DNA of 64,000 nt, taken from Yuukianura sp. NJ FZ-2021. Lineage: Eukaryota. The notes beneath the pieces are model-generated. The model was given only the letters and a program-made list of their open reading frames with translations, was not told the DNA's origin and made no database searches. Location of the stretch: assembly GCA_046563655.1 (NCBI GenBank), contig CM102285.1:9858001-9922000 (forward strand), read 5' to 3'. Below are positions 1 through 13,154 of this stretch, piece by piece; position 1 is the first letter of the stretch, and each line of letters opens with the position of its first letter. Both the position numbers and the translations under genes were made by a program.

Positions 1-144
1 TATAGACAATTTGATCAATTCCCATGGTTGATTCGGGTCTCGTGTCCTTTTAGCTTTAGATGTCTTCCCTCTGCACTGCCAACAACGTTTAGAATTTAAG
101 TGGAGCTGACTGGATAGTGGTTCTGTTTGATGGGTCCTACTTCA

Positions 145-3100
145 TTATGTTCCTGGAGCAAGCATCTTGGACAGTTCCTCGTCCTGGAGACAACCCTTGA
201 GAAACTCCTCTTGCGTCAACTGACCATCTCCATTCTCATCCATCTTTGCAAAGATGCTCTTGGCTCTTTCTTCCGCTGAGTCTTGGGGTCTATTAGATGA
301 ATTTGTGCCTAACATGTCATAGATTGCCTGTAAAAAGTGAAAAGAGAAAACGAGATTAGTTTCAAACAAACCCAGCAAATTCCGTGCCAAAAAGTTGCGC
401 CCAGCTATTCCACGATTCTCGATCCACCAAAATATGGAGCAGAACATGGGAGTTAACAATTATGGAGACGTTTTAGCCGTTCTTGTACATTCTCGTAGAC
501 AGAACACGCTATCTCGTTTCTAAAACTGTCCTGCATCCAGTTGTCCATCGATTAACAAACACGCCACAAATTCGACACATTTCTGTTCCATTATTACACA
601 AATTCCTTCATTTCTATTCCATTCCGCCTGATCACTGATTTCCGATGGCCTTTGTTCTTAAATTATTAGACTCCAAGCTCGTAAACTTTACCAAACACAT
701 TAATCTTCCAACTGACCAACTTCTACAGAAATAAATCCAACTTTAGAATGAGGTTTGGGCAGTGGAGCGAATTTTCAAACTTGAAATTGGGCTCTAGTGG
801 CCAATTAAAGTTTTTCGAAAAAAGGGAGGTTCAAATTATCATCAAATCCATTTCCAATTCCCAAATCCCACAGAATTCTAAATTCGCGAGCTCAGTTGGA
901 TTCGATTTTCATTTGGGAAAGAAGAAAATGGAGAAATGATCACAGACTTTTCTCAGGAAAGAAAGAAAAGAAAGTTTTTGGAAAGAGAAAGAATTTTCAT
1001 TGGTTTCCTAAATCAAATGGATCTTAAGCTCCCTACCTTTACGCCTTCCTACTTTCCCCAAAATCTTAAATTCAGTAGAACGTGAAAGTGGAGTTCTGTC
1101 TCTCCTGCAGTCAGAAAAAGTTTATTTATAGCATTTTAAAATGGATCCCTTGAGAAAATGAGCACGTAGAGCACTTGAACTGCAAGGATAAGGGCCTTCT
1201 TCACGTTTTGAACAGAACAACTACCGCAAAAACTTCAAAATCAACCAAAAACTTTACAATCCCATCCAATTCCAAAACTTTTCCGTCATTTTTCAAAAAA
1301 ATGTGATTCGTAGACGAACGGTGTGTCAAAACCTTCAACCATCTCCTTCTCTCTAACGTTTGAAAACCTAAACTGAAAAACGAGAATTTTTGAATTCGGC
1401 TGTTCAGTTTTTTCGACTAGCATTTTTAAGTTGAATGACGGAATGAAGATAACTTTCTCCAGTGAAACCATTTTTTAAACAAAAACGAAAAGTAGCTGCT
1501 ACAGAGACGTCACTTGCTTGGATTGACATGCAAAATGTTCTACCTCAAACGAACATCCAAGAAGTTGGCCTTCAAAGTGACGCTTCTAAAAAACACTTTT
1601 CTTTTTCGCTTGTTCCTAGCACACCAGAATTAAGCGAAAGAAAGTTCTTTCCAGTTTCTTTCTTTTTCCAAATGGATCGATACACGTCATCCCCCGTTTC
1701 TCTTTGCCCAAAAATTCAACTTTCCCTGCCGAAAAAGAAAAGAAAGTGTGAGCAGTCGCAACTTTCAGTCTCTTGCCTTACCTGAAGTCGAATTATCCTT
1801 CAGAATTGGACTTGGTTAGGGAATGCACCTAAAGTGGATGATGTCACCAGTACACTTTCTTCCAAATGGAGTCCCTGGACTTTTTGTCTATCTGGCACTC
1901 ACTCTGCCATTAATAAAATATAACATTCTTTCAAGAGCCTTTCCCATTTCCTGAGAAGGGAATAAATGGCGGGAAAAGGGGTCTGCTTAGCATGCATGAA
2001 TGCTTTTAGCCACAGACTGACAGAGTGTAAATGGTAACACTCGAGCACTAGACGCCGGCGGAAACATTTCCCTTGTCTCAATTTTCTTGAGCCATCTCTT
2101 CAAGCAACACAACGAAGAAAGTGGAATCCGCAGAGTAAATTGGCTAAGGGCCTCCCAAGAACTCAGTTTTGTTACATTTCAAGAGAAATGTGCTAGAATG
2201 TAAATTACTAAAAACTAAATCCAAGCAACTTTCTCTTTGTTCATTACACTAACACTCGTACTTCACTGTCTGGATTAGACCAATGTCATTTTGGGATTCG
2301 CTGTACATTACTTTGGAATCGATCCTACAGCGCCACAGACTCTCACAGTCGCCAATAAATCTGAAGTCCCTGGGGCCTGGGCGCAAGTTTTGGCACACGA
2401 GTGGTCCTGGAGGCTTAAAAGTTCCAAATTGGATTTACCTGTACAATTTTTGTCATTTCCTGAAGATCAATGACTCCGTTTCCATCGACGTCATACATCC
2501 GAAAAGCCCACTTGAGCTTTTCCTCTGGCGTTCCGGATGACGTGACATCAATTGCTAGAAGGAATTCCTGGAAAAGACACAGAAACAAATTATAATTAAA
2601 ACCACATTGCTCAGTGTTCTTTGGAGAGCAGGTTGAAGCCTTGGAGCAGTTTGTACAAAGAAATTCGTCGCCTTAGATTAGGTTTCCAGTGTTTCACAAT
2701 ATGCAACATCTTCATCAACATGAAACCAAAGGACAACTGTGCCAACGACAAACAAATCTCCTCCTTTAATCTTCCCTTTCTCCCAACTATTCTCTAGTAC
2801 GTGTCAAGGCTTAATTCCGTTTCAATGCCTTCCTGCAAATCCTGTGTACCAAAAATTAACTAATACTAATGCTATAGGTGAAAGTGACCCAAGATTTCCA
2901 GAAAAAAAAACTTCGAACGAAACTTCTTAAGCAATCAAACCATACTGACAAAATTTAAAAAAATCCTCGGAAAACTTTCAAATTCCAACACTATTTAAAC
3001 TTTCTCTCCTCCTACTAAACAGTAAGATCAGCTCTGCACAACGGCAGAACTTTCGCCACGCCACTTACGTCAATGAAAGTTGTCCTGTAAAACGCATGTA

Positions 3101-6100
3101 TTTTTTTCTTTTATTACTATATACTTTCTATGTTTCATCTCTATATCTGGAGAAAGGAAAAAGAGCTATGCCTCCGCCCATGAATTTAAAACAGAAACTC
3201 AATTAAATTATGAAAGCGGAGGTATAAAGACTGTTGCGCCGAGACTGAGACTTCCGTTTCGTTTTCCCAAAGTAGGATTTTAGTTTTTCGCCTATCGTTT
3301 TCTAGATAGCACTTCGTGCCCAAATCTGCTAGACCTTGGATTTAGTAGCATTAGGCGAAGAGAAAGGAGTTGAAAGCCTTGCTTTCACCAGACCGGATCA
3401 AAAAGCTCTACTGCTTCCTCTTCACTTAAAAAATAAAAATCCTGTCACGTTCTCCCTTAGCTTTCTCCTTCAAATGAGGAATTGAAATTCTCTAGACCTA
3501 ATCCCAAAGCCCATATATTCATCATCCGCCTCACTCTAGCTTCAATTCCTGTGAAACATCCTATCCTTTCTCCCGTCTTCCTGTAAGGACATCCTCCAAT
3601 GACAGTCCAAGTGCTCCTATTAGACCAGCGTTCTAAGTGAACCATTGAATTTTAAAATTCTGGCTTTCTCTCTCTCCTGCTTTTAGTCTTCCTGGATTGG
3701 AAAACTCTAGTGACCGTCCTCAAGCTAAACTCGAAGCCCCAGGAGCTTACATTTTTTTAGACAGGAAAGAGTGCTCGGGGAACCTCATCTGTCTGATGAA
3801 AGTTGTCTAGAGAGGGAAAAATTGAATTCAATTTCATTCTAGATGGTTTCACTCTCAAAGTCCGGTCAAGTCATGTACAGACAAACTGATGGTGACCTCT
3901 GGAAAAAGCATTTCTGAAGAGCTGCGTCCAGCGGATTTCAGTGGATAGAAACGTCAGAACCCGAGGAGAGTGAGTCAAGGACTTTAGGAAGCATTTGAGG
4001 ATCAAAATCACGTTACACGGATGGGGAAAGCCATTGATCACGTCTTTTGAACCGAGAGGCAGGGCCACGCCATTCTGTCCTGTTTTCACAGAAGCTCAAT
4101 TCTCTACGACGCGTCTACAAGGTTCTAAACAACTGTACGACACGAAATGAATGGATCGATACCACACAATTAACTCGCCGGGAAACGACAAACCGGTCAA
4201 CACGAAATTCCAAGCATTCGTAAAAAGAAAATTGCGTTTTTTGGAAACTTGTCGGGAAAGTTAAACAATTTCATTGATCGAACTTCGATTGAATTTGACT
4301 GAGTAACAGTCCAAAAAAATTTCTGCAATGTTAAATCCCTGCTCAAAAACAGTAATTTCGAAGAAACATCTTTACAAAGTTAAATTGAATTGAAAACTAT
4401 TTTGTTGAAGCATTTTGCTTTCTCCGAATTCAAGAATTGATAAATTAAATTAAAAAACTAATCAAAATGCAAACCTAAACTTAAAGCATAGCCTCGATTA
4501 CATTTCAGATCACTAGAAAATACCAGCCCTCGTTTCAAAACGACTTTCTCTAAAACTTTCTCCATTTCCTCCAACCTAGAAACAATGAAAAACACAAGAC
4601 ATTGAACTCCCATGTGCGGAAACTGTACTACTTTATAAACATGGTGCTCTTTGGTCCGTCTCGCCCGAAAAAGAAATAACACAACGAAGTACTTTACCAC
4701 CTCAAATATTTACACTACGCTTCCCTGCCTTGCTCTTCCCTCTGACAAATCCACAGGCAATTCCTGCCTCTTCCGCTTCCCGACACCATTTGCTCATGAT
4801 TCGTAATGGCCCTAACAATTTCTCCGGATTTGAGTAGCAACGTCTTCGTCTCTTTCAAAGCTTCAGCTTCACTTGGCTCCAGCATTTTCTCTTTTCTCGC
4901 AGGGAGAAATACGTTAGGAAATGAAATATTTATGAAAAAACTTACTTTGAAGTCGATATATCCGTTCTTGTCCATGTCAAACGTCCGGAAGACATGATCG
5001 CAAAACTCCTCGGCGTTACCCGTAGGGAAAAACATTTTGTACATATCCACAAACTTGGCGGGTGTTAGGCGTCCGTTGGGACAGTCTTGCTGTAAAAATC
5101 AAAAAGAGAAAAGTAAATATTCCTTTCTTTCATCATCGCAAATTTGGCAATTTGAATTTCTATTTTTACAAAAGCTTTGACCCATAAACAAAAAGGATTC
5201 AAGCAGAAAATTGGGCTGGTTCCGAAACAATTTATTTCCTTGTATTCCAGTCAATCAAACGTAGTCAAATGTTGGTAACTCACAACTGCCAACCCCATAA
5301 GTTCCATTACACAACAAACAAATAGGATCCGTTCAAAATGTAGGCATCCAATTCCATTTTCCTCTCACATATTTCTCAATTTCCTGCAGAGAGAGAGAGA
5401 GGACAGAAAGCCAAAAAATGGAAAAACACGAACTTGAAAGTAAAAGCGCTGCACCACGGGTGGAGTCCATTTCCCAAGTTTATGTTGCTAAAGCCAAAAT
5501 TTACTTTTTCCGTTTTTTCAATTCCAGGTTCCATAAATTATGTGGTAGAAGCAGGAAAGGAACGGGCGTGAGAGTGGATTTACTTTGGAAACCTAAGGAG
5601 AAAATTTCCGTTTTAAATTCCGTAGGTGAAAGTGCCAAGACACAACAGGGAAAAACGAAACAAAAAACACTTCCAAACAGGTGACGGAAATTCTGTTTAA
5701 GACGCCTCTCTTTTCATGTTATTCCGTCTCTACCATAACCTTTCTCTGGCAACTCCATAAATTAAACTTCCCTTTGCTTCTAGTTTCCTTTGTTTTCTCT
5801 ATTCAACAACGCCAGCCCTGCCTCATAGCGGTTAACAACTCCAATTCGCGTGGATTTTCCCGTCACAACCATTTGCCACATTTTCCTACTCAGTCGCCAA
5901 GGCTTCTAGAATATTTCCATGCTAAGCTGAATTTGATCAAAGGAAATCCAAGGAAAATCAATGCCTAGAGCCGAGGTCTAAACGCTTCCTCCACAAATGA
6001 ACTCGGAGCGACACAAGACAAAAACGGAAGTCCGGGAAGTACCGCTCAATACGCTTCTCCGCCTTTCTCTCATTACTCAATTCCAAAAGAGCAGCTTTTT

Positions 6101-9100
6101 CCTCCTAGCGCTGCATTTCTTTTTAAGCTCCAAGTCAATACTCATCCAAACCCATCCTCAACAGCCGAAAAACGATGATTTCAGCAATATGTCTCACGTC
6201 ACGTCATAATCATATTTTACTTCCCGCCTCTTTTTCCTCTCCAACGGAAGTTTGAGCCTTGAATTCAATATAAGTACATAGTTACTGCTTTCCAAAAAAA
6301 CAAGGCGTAACACCGCTGCATCAGCCTACACTTGTTCCTGCTGTTCAACATCTGGAATTTTCTCTAGTCTTTGCCTTGATTCCTCTGCTTTCTCCTCCTT
6401 TTCATCCATCATATTCATCTTTATGGCCAGCGACTACAAAGTCAAGCACTTCATAAATCTTGTCCATTGTTTTACTACCGACTTTCACTACAACAAAAAA
6501 TTGTGTTTTAACGGTGATGTGTGGGGGTATGGTAGTTCATAGTGCGTTTTTTCTTTCTACTAAAAAGTTCTGGGAACACGGGAATTGACTATGAATTAAT
6601 TATGAGAAGTGATTACAATTCCGAGTGGAAGCTGTGTATCCTTACACTACTTTTGCACAAACAAACTTAGAACCAGGCTTACGTCTGCTCCCCAACAACT
6701 TCAATTTTCTCTACTTTCTCTACTGAACCGAGAATAAACTCAATTATTCATTAGCCAACTTTCACTACACGGGTTTACATTAGTTTCAGTTCATCAGCAG
6801 AGGCCTGTGCTCATCCTCTCTCGAAAAGTTTAAGAGTTTATTTTGAAACCATGGTTTGACTCAACTTTCGAAATTATAATTCACTACAACTCTATTCCTC
6901 TACATACACATCAAAACTTTCTCTTTTATGTTTCTAACAACTAATTTCTTCTGGAAAATATTTCCCTTTGTGTCTTTAACTGCAAACAGGCATGAGACAT
7001 CATCCTTAGAACAACGTTGAAAGACTTTCCAAATCACTCGCCTCAGGAAAGGAGTTCTCGAGGTCTGTGACCGAGGTCAAAGCGAAATAAAAAGGCTGCC
7101 AACTCCAGCGAAAGTTCAAAGAAAGCATAAAAACGCTGATCAAGAAATGGGTCCATTGTGCAACATAAAGCCTAACCTTGCATTTTGTTCTGCCCTAAGC
7201 CTTAACCACGATTTTTTTTTATGGTCTTCCATCTCCACCTTGAGATTTAAGAAAGCGTGATAGAGTAAAGAAATCGTGATAAAGAAGAAGGTTATTCAAA
7301 CCACATACGTTTTCCAAGAACTGTAATGGCCAGTTTCACTAATAAATGCCTTTACAACGTAAACTACAAAAAAAAGTATACGAATATCGCAACTTTTTGC
7401 TATTTTCTTCAAAAATTCCTACTTTCTCTTCCGCTCTCCGCTTTTCGTTTTCCCAGGACTAGAAAATCGTGTTTCCAAAACATTACGAAAAAGTAATGAT
7501 TTGAGATTTCTAGAAATTGATAAGTTCCAAACAGTTATAAAAGTTCTACTACAGGAATTGCATGTGCTGAGGTAAATAAAACAGTTGTGCCAGAGTCATA
7601 CTTTCTCACACAAGGTTGAAAAAGTTTTTCAAAGGAAAAGAACGTAAAAAGAATTGGAATTGGAGAAATTCGAGCGTAAGTTCTAAAATACCGAAAAAAC
7701 CTTGGGTATTCTACTTTCTCCATTTTTTAACTTTACAACAAACGAGACATAAGAACCAATTGCAAAAACTTTACTTTTCCTTTCTTTGTAAGTTTTTCTT
7801 GTGCCGAGAATTCCTCACGCAAAAAACCTGTCAGCTCGTTATACCGCTCTGGTGTCAAAAATTATATAGAAACGTGTAGAAAAAAAGTTTATTTGTTTTT
7901 CTTTCACCATTTTCCAACACCTTGAACCAAAGATTAAAAGCAGACATTTTCATCAGCTTTCTTTTTCAACTAAACAGGAAGTTTCGATTTTGTTTTCATA
8001 GCAGTCTTGGCTGTACAGAGCCAAAGGCTGTAGCTAGAGTGCAAAGTCCGCGAAACAAAACATTCAATATTCTGAGCTTAAAATTTTTCTGACTTTGAGA
8101 AATGTCTGTTTCAGTTTTGACATTTCCAACTTAACTTTGCTTTTTACGTTTAAACCGATTTCGGATGCTTTCCAATAGAAATTGATTTTCCGACAGAATA
8201 GAAAGCTTTTTCTCGTAGAAAAAGTTGGATTTTTGGGTTGACTGGACATGAATAATTTTCATCATCAAGTGACTGACAAGCACAAGAAATAAACTACAGT
8301 GATCATCCATCAATCCGTTGTTAATGCACTTAAACACGATGATTGTAATGTTTTTTCCATTGTACTCTTTCCCCATTTCTGTTAATCGCATTCGCAAGCA
8401 TAAAAAGGGCAACAAACAACAAAAGAAAGTAAACGCAAAAGAAAGAATTCCTTGTATGTCAACCTAAAAAAAATCCTGATTTCACCGAATTCGGATTGAA
8501 AAAAATAACAAATTTGATCCTGCTGAGGGGTAAGTCAGTTTCACTTTTTGAAAAGGAAACGCAGAACTTCCTCTTTCCGCCGCTCCTACCTCTGCTGCTG
8601 TTTATTATCGATCACGTTTTGACTTTTGTCCTTTACTTTCTCCTGCTTTCTCTTCATTCCCAAAATTCCTTTCTTTCGAAACAAGAGAAAAAGACCATAG
8701 AAGTTCAAGAAATTTCAAAACTAACTCCTCGGACTGACTCACTTTCTCCTTGTTTCAATTAATTTTCAAAAATTAACTTTCCCTGCAAGTCTCACATTTT
8801 CTAATTCCAGAGGTGGAGTTTTTACACTTAAGCCTATACACCTAGTAGTATGCTACAAGGTAGGCAGACGGGTTAGGACCTGGACAGGAAGCATAGGGAC
8901 AGAGACGGATGAGGGAGTGACGTAGGTCGGCCGTTATAATACGGAATTCTGCGCCTTCTCTCCTTTGCATGACCTTTCTCTTTTGCTTTCCCAAACCTAA
9001 ACCTAAGAATACATAAAACCTGACTCCAAACATAGCCGAGAATACCTAAAACCATAACATTACACTTCAACCTTATCCGCTCCTTTCTTTTCCCAGCCTG

Positions 9101-9635
9101 ATAAATGGGAATTAAGCCACAGAATTTGTTCATTTGCTTTCTAACGATCCCCTTCCGTTTCCTCCCATGTCGTTTAGCTTAGCGATATTAGGCGCCTTTA
9201 ACCTCTTCTAAACTCCGAGTCCAGTTTAGAAGGAAGTGACCTCGGTAATAATTCAGAAATTATTTGGCAGTATAAACTTACAAATGGAGCTGCATTCGGC
9301 CGAACCAAATTCAAGTTTCATGTATTTCCTTAAATATTTGGATGTCGGGAGAGGTGAAAGTGATCGATGGAACCGAAGGGGGAGAAAGTTCTCAAAAGTC
9401 CTTAATTACTCAAGCTTTCCTTTCTACTTCTTTGCATGTCTTTCCGTACCACATTCAGCCCAGAACTTTGTAAATCATGCATGAAATCAACTAATTCATT
9501 AGGTTTTGGAGAGGTTAGGCTTACCTTGAACCCTTTGTACCATTCCTTTATTGTAGCCTCATCGTAGCGTGTATGGGCCTTCAGAAAGTCCAAGTCCTCC
9601 TTTAGCAACTTGTCTTTACTCGTGAAACAGCCCAT
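145..9635 (-). CDS. Neuronal calcium sensor (NCS/recoverin family EF-hand protein; NCS-2 / Drosophila CG7646 type), 188 aa
   Basis: Four coding exons with GT-AG borders: 9635-9525, 5089-4946, 2567-2439, 327-145. Joined protein: [134 protein letters not shown]...[31 protein letters not shown]. It has the N-myristoylation start MG, the CPxG of the inactive EF1 and three canonical EF loops. An acceptor at ~9659 implies upstream non-coding exon(s). Confidence 0.96.
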
Positions 9636-12600
9636 TTTTAGCCTCTGTTTTTGGGTTTCTGGAAAAACATAAAACAAATTACTCATTCTGTCGTAGATTT
9701 TCGGAAGTTTTGAATCATTTTTGTGTGAAAACTATAGTTAAATAAACAGAAATTTTAAATTTCAAGCACAGAAAAGCAAAATTGTGTCAAAAGCAGAATT
9801 TTGAGTAGCCTAATGACACTTTCCTTAGATTAGTTTTAATTCATTTGTCTACAAGGAAATGAAAATGACTAATGTAAATGTTAGTGTTGAAGGACCTGTC
9901 AGAGAGGTTAAAAATTTCACAGGAACAGGCAGAACAAGACGCAGTCGGAAATGACAAGTGAGAAAATTACTTAAAAAGGCAATTTTTCTTCCTTGTGAAA
10001 ATTAACACGGGTATTAAACTCTCTGCAGCTCAATGTCAAAACTTTTTTCAAGAGTCAAAAGCCAAACCCCAGCGTATAGTTTAAATTTGAATTCAAAATG
10101 GAAAGAGCAAGAGACCTGGAAATTTTTTCCCACCACCGAATAAATTTTCTTTGGCTAAGAGAAAGTAAAGATCCCACTTAAGCCCACTTTCTATGGAAAT
10201 TGTTAGGAAATAGAAAAGGAAATGAGCGCAGCCAGACTCTTCAGAGAGAATTTTTAGAACCAACACTATTTTTCCGTACTTCTCTGAAACTAAATTTGAG
10301 ACGGAATAGTGACTTTAGTTAGATGAAAAAGCCTCAAGTCAATGCCTTACTAAATGTAAATTAAATGTGTCATAAATTGTGGGTGGTGATGTAAATGGTT
10401 TCGCACTTGCTTTTGCGTACGCAAACAAAATGACGAACCTACCCGTGCACCGCCTGACAAATTCTTACTCAACTTGTACCTCAAAAATATTAGTTTTTTA
10501 CCCAGAATTAGTTTTTTCACACAATATTAAGCGTCAGTAGTGCATCACTGGACAAAAAAAAAGTTTTTGTCCTTCGCTAGAGGCTAGGCTCGTATTTTAA
10601 GAAGCAAAAAGAAGTTTCCCAACTAAAGTCAAGGCAATTTTTCTCGTTCTCATGCAAAATAATGCTTGCCCACGGTTGATTACAATACAAATTTTCATTT
10701 GCGCAATGAGCAAGAAAAAAGAAACTGTTTTGAGGAAGAACTCTAATCCTAAAATCCTGTTCACTCGAACATTGCATAACTAAACCTAAATTCACGTTGC
10801 AGAAATTTCGAACGCCTAGTCGAATATTACAAAATGTTGAACTTTTTCAGAATCTTTTGGTTTCAGAAAACGAAAATTCTGTTTAGAATCTGGATTTGCA
10901 TGCAAAAACTACGCAGACTTTGACATGTCAGGGTATCAATAATGTTTTTGTGCAGTACTTGCCTGTTGACTGGAAGGAAAAGGAAACAACACAAAATGAA
11001 AAATATTCCACGAGTAAATATTGAGCAACTCTGTTAAATTCACAGACTAATTTCTAATTACAGTATCTGTTCACACGTTCAATGAAACTTCAAAAGTAAA
11101 CAAATAACACTTTTAGCCCAAGTCGGAAGAGTTCTTACAACTGAATTTACAGTTTATAGCACTCCTCGTGACGCCCACCATAGCACTAAAACTCACAAGT
11201 CACTTGAAATTTTGAACTGCACAGCTCTATTCTACCACTTTTAGTATTCTACCTTGTGTCGAGGAAACAACTTTACAAATGGGGAGACCAGAATTGATAG
11301 CTCTATTCATTGTTCCTAAAAGGACAATGAAAAAAATAACGCACTCTATGACCAAACCCAGCACAGGACGACCAACTCCTTTTGCACAAAAAAGTTGTGG
11401 ACGATCCACTTGCTATATCATATCAGTCTCAAGTGTAATAAAAACGCAATGGGAATGACGTAAGGAACAGAAGGAAGCTGTGGACTATGTGGAACCTGTT
11501 AAAAACTAAAAAATTCAGCACTTGCAGCTTTCAACTTGACGTTTTAAGCTTAACCAAATGCAACGGGGAATTCTATGGATATGGATATCAAATTCAGAGA
11601 CTGCCAGCAAGAGAATGAAACTTACTCAATTTCCCTTTATTGGCAATACCCATGAGGTTTCATTCTCATATTACGAAATTTCCTATGCACGATTGTTTGC
11701 AAACATTCATCATTCAATTACAACAACTTGACCTTAATCCTCGTGGCCTTTACAATTCATCATTGTTGTACGAGTGAAAACGTGCTCAAAAATCACTTCA
11801 GTGGAGGAAAAAAACAAATGAAGTGAATATACAAGTTTGAAAACAATCAATTTGTAATTGACTACACTTACACCCACCAAATGTGACACAAACACCTACA
11901 AACCCCATCAATTTGTAATTCATTAATTATAATTTCCAAAACTTCAGGCAAATCACTCAAAAAAAATTACCTTGAACTGTGCCGACACTTCATGCGATTT
12001 TCTTTTGTCTACATTTGGCTTCGGACATCTTTAGTCGGTATTGCCAAAGCCGAGTTTCAATCCACGAAAAGATGAATTTTCAAAATTAAACACACAATTT
12101 GTTGGGCGTTTTGATTTTAATCTTAACATAAACCCCTGAAAGTAAGTTGGCTTTCACCAGTGAAAGTAATAAAGGAAATAGACTAGTGAGTCAAGGAAAC
12201 CGTGGCTTAATGACTAATATGATTAGAAAGGACGTTAAGGAAGACTCCATGTCAAAAGCCCTCCAAGTTAGTAAAGCAGAACAGGTTCAGCCCTGACAAT
12301 CCCCGACGGATCTTGTGGAGTTCCTTATTCTTTGGTTCGATAAGAAGAATGGGAGCCACAGACCATGGTGTGGGTTCTTGTCAATCTCCAAAATAAAGTG
12401 AAAGTAATAGGACTTCCAACCACTGTTACCCACCCTAAAGAAAGTGCTCAAAAGCTACTCCTATCTAGAAACTCTAAAAGTCAAAGTCTCAACTGTTCCA
12501 TAGTCTATGAAATCATAGGCGTTCCAGTCTCCTTCATGTTAGGGTCTAGCACATCCCTATTCAACAAGCTCCAGTGTCACACCAGGATAATAAATCATCG

Positions 12601-13079
12601 GATCCCATTTCAAAAACCACAAAAGAAAACAGAAGTTGGCAGGGAGGGAGCCTTAACACTAGCAAGTTACATGGACGATCTACTCCCGCCGTCATGTTTT
12701 ACTAAAGCTCTTTGAAAAGTCCACAAAAAGAATGATTCATCGTCCAAATTTTAATTTTACAATTAAAAATATCCAACACAAACTCAATCCCATGCTTTCT
12801 CCAGTCAGCCTAATGAACATTTTAGACGCTTTCTCCTGCCCGGCTTTCTTTTTCCGCCTTTTTTTGAAATTGGGAAAAGAGTGAAAGTGGAGATTAATAA
12901 TTTCCTGTCTCCATGTCCCCATTCTTCGTTTCCATTTGCACACAGTAGGTTCTCTCAGGATAAATTACATTTTCACATTTACAGGAGAAAAGTACTACTC
13001 ACTTTCACTTTTCTCTGCCAAAACTTGATCCCATTCTAATCACCCTTTTCATCTCCCTTTTCACTCTCACTTTCCCCCA

Positions 13080-13154
13080 AGGGACCTAACCTAACGTGAA
13101 CAAAACGAATAGCGTTAGGTTAGCCGGGTAACTAAGAGTTTAGGTTAGGTCCCT
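13080..13154. repeat. Inverted repeat built from TTAGG/CCTAA units
   Basis: agggacctaacctaa (13080-13094) is the exact reverse complement of ttaggttaggtccct (13140-13154). The internal cgttaggttag (13113-13123) is also complementary to the left arm. Confidence 0.7.

Noticed and set aside
145..9635. Frequenin/NCS-1 or neurocalcin (Nca) identity
   Set aside because: The N-terminus [10 protein letters not shown] and [16 protein letters not shown] fit the NCS-2/CG7646 subtype rather than the MGKxNSKL-type proteins, so no gene symbol was assigned.
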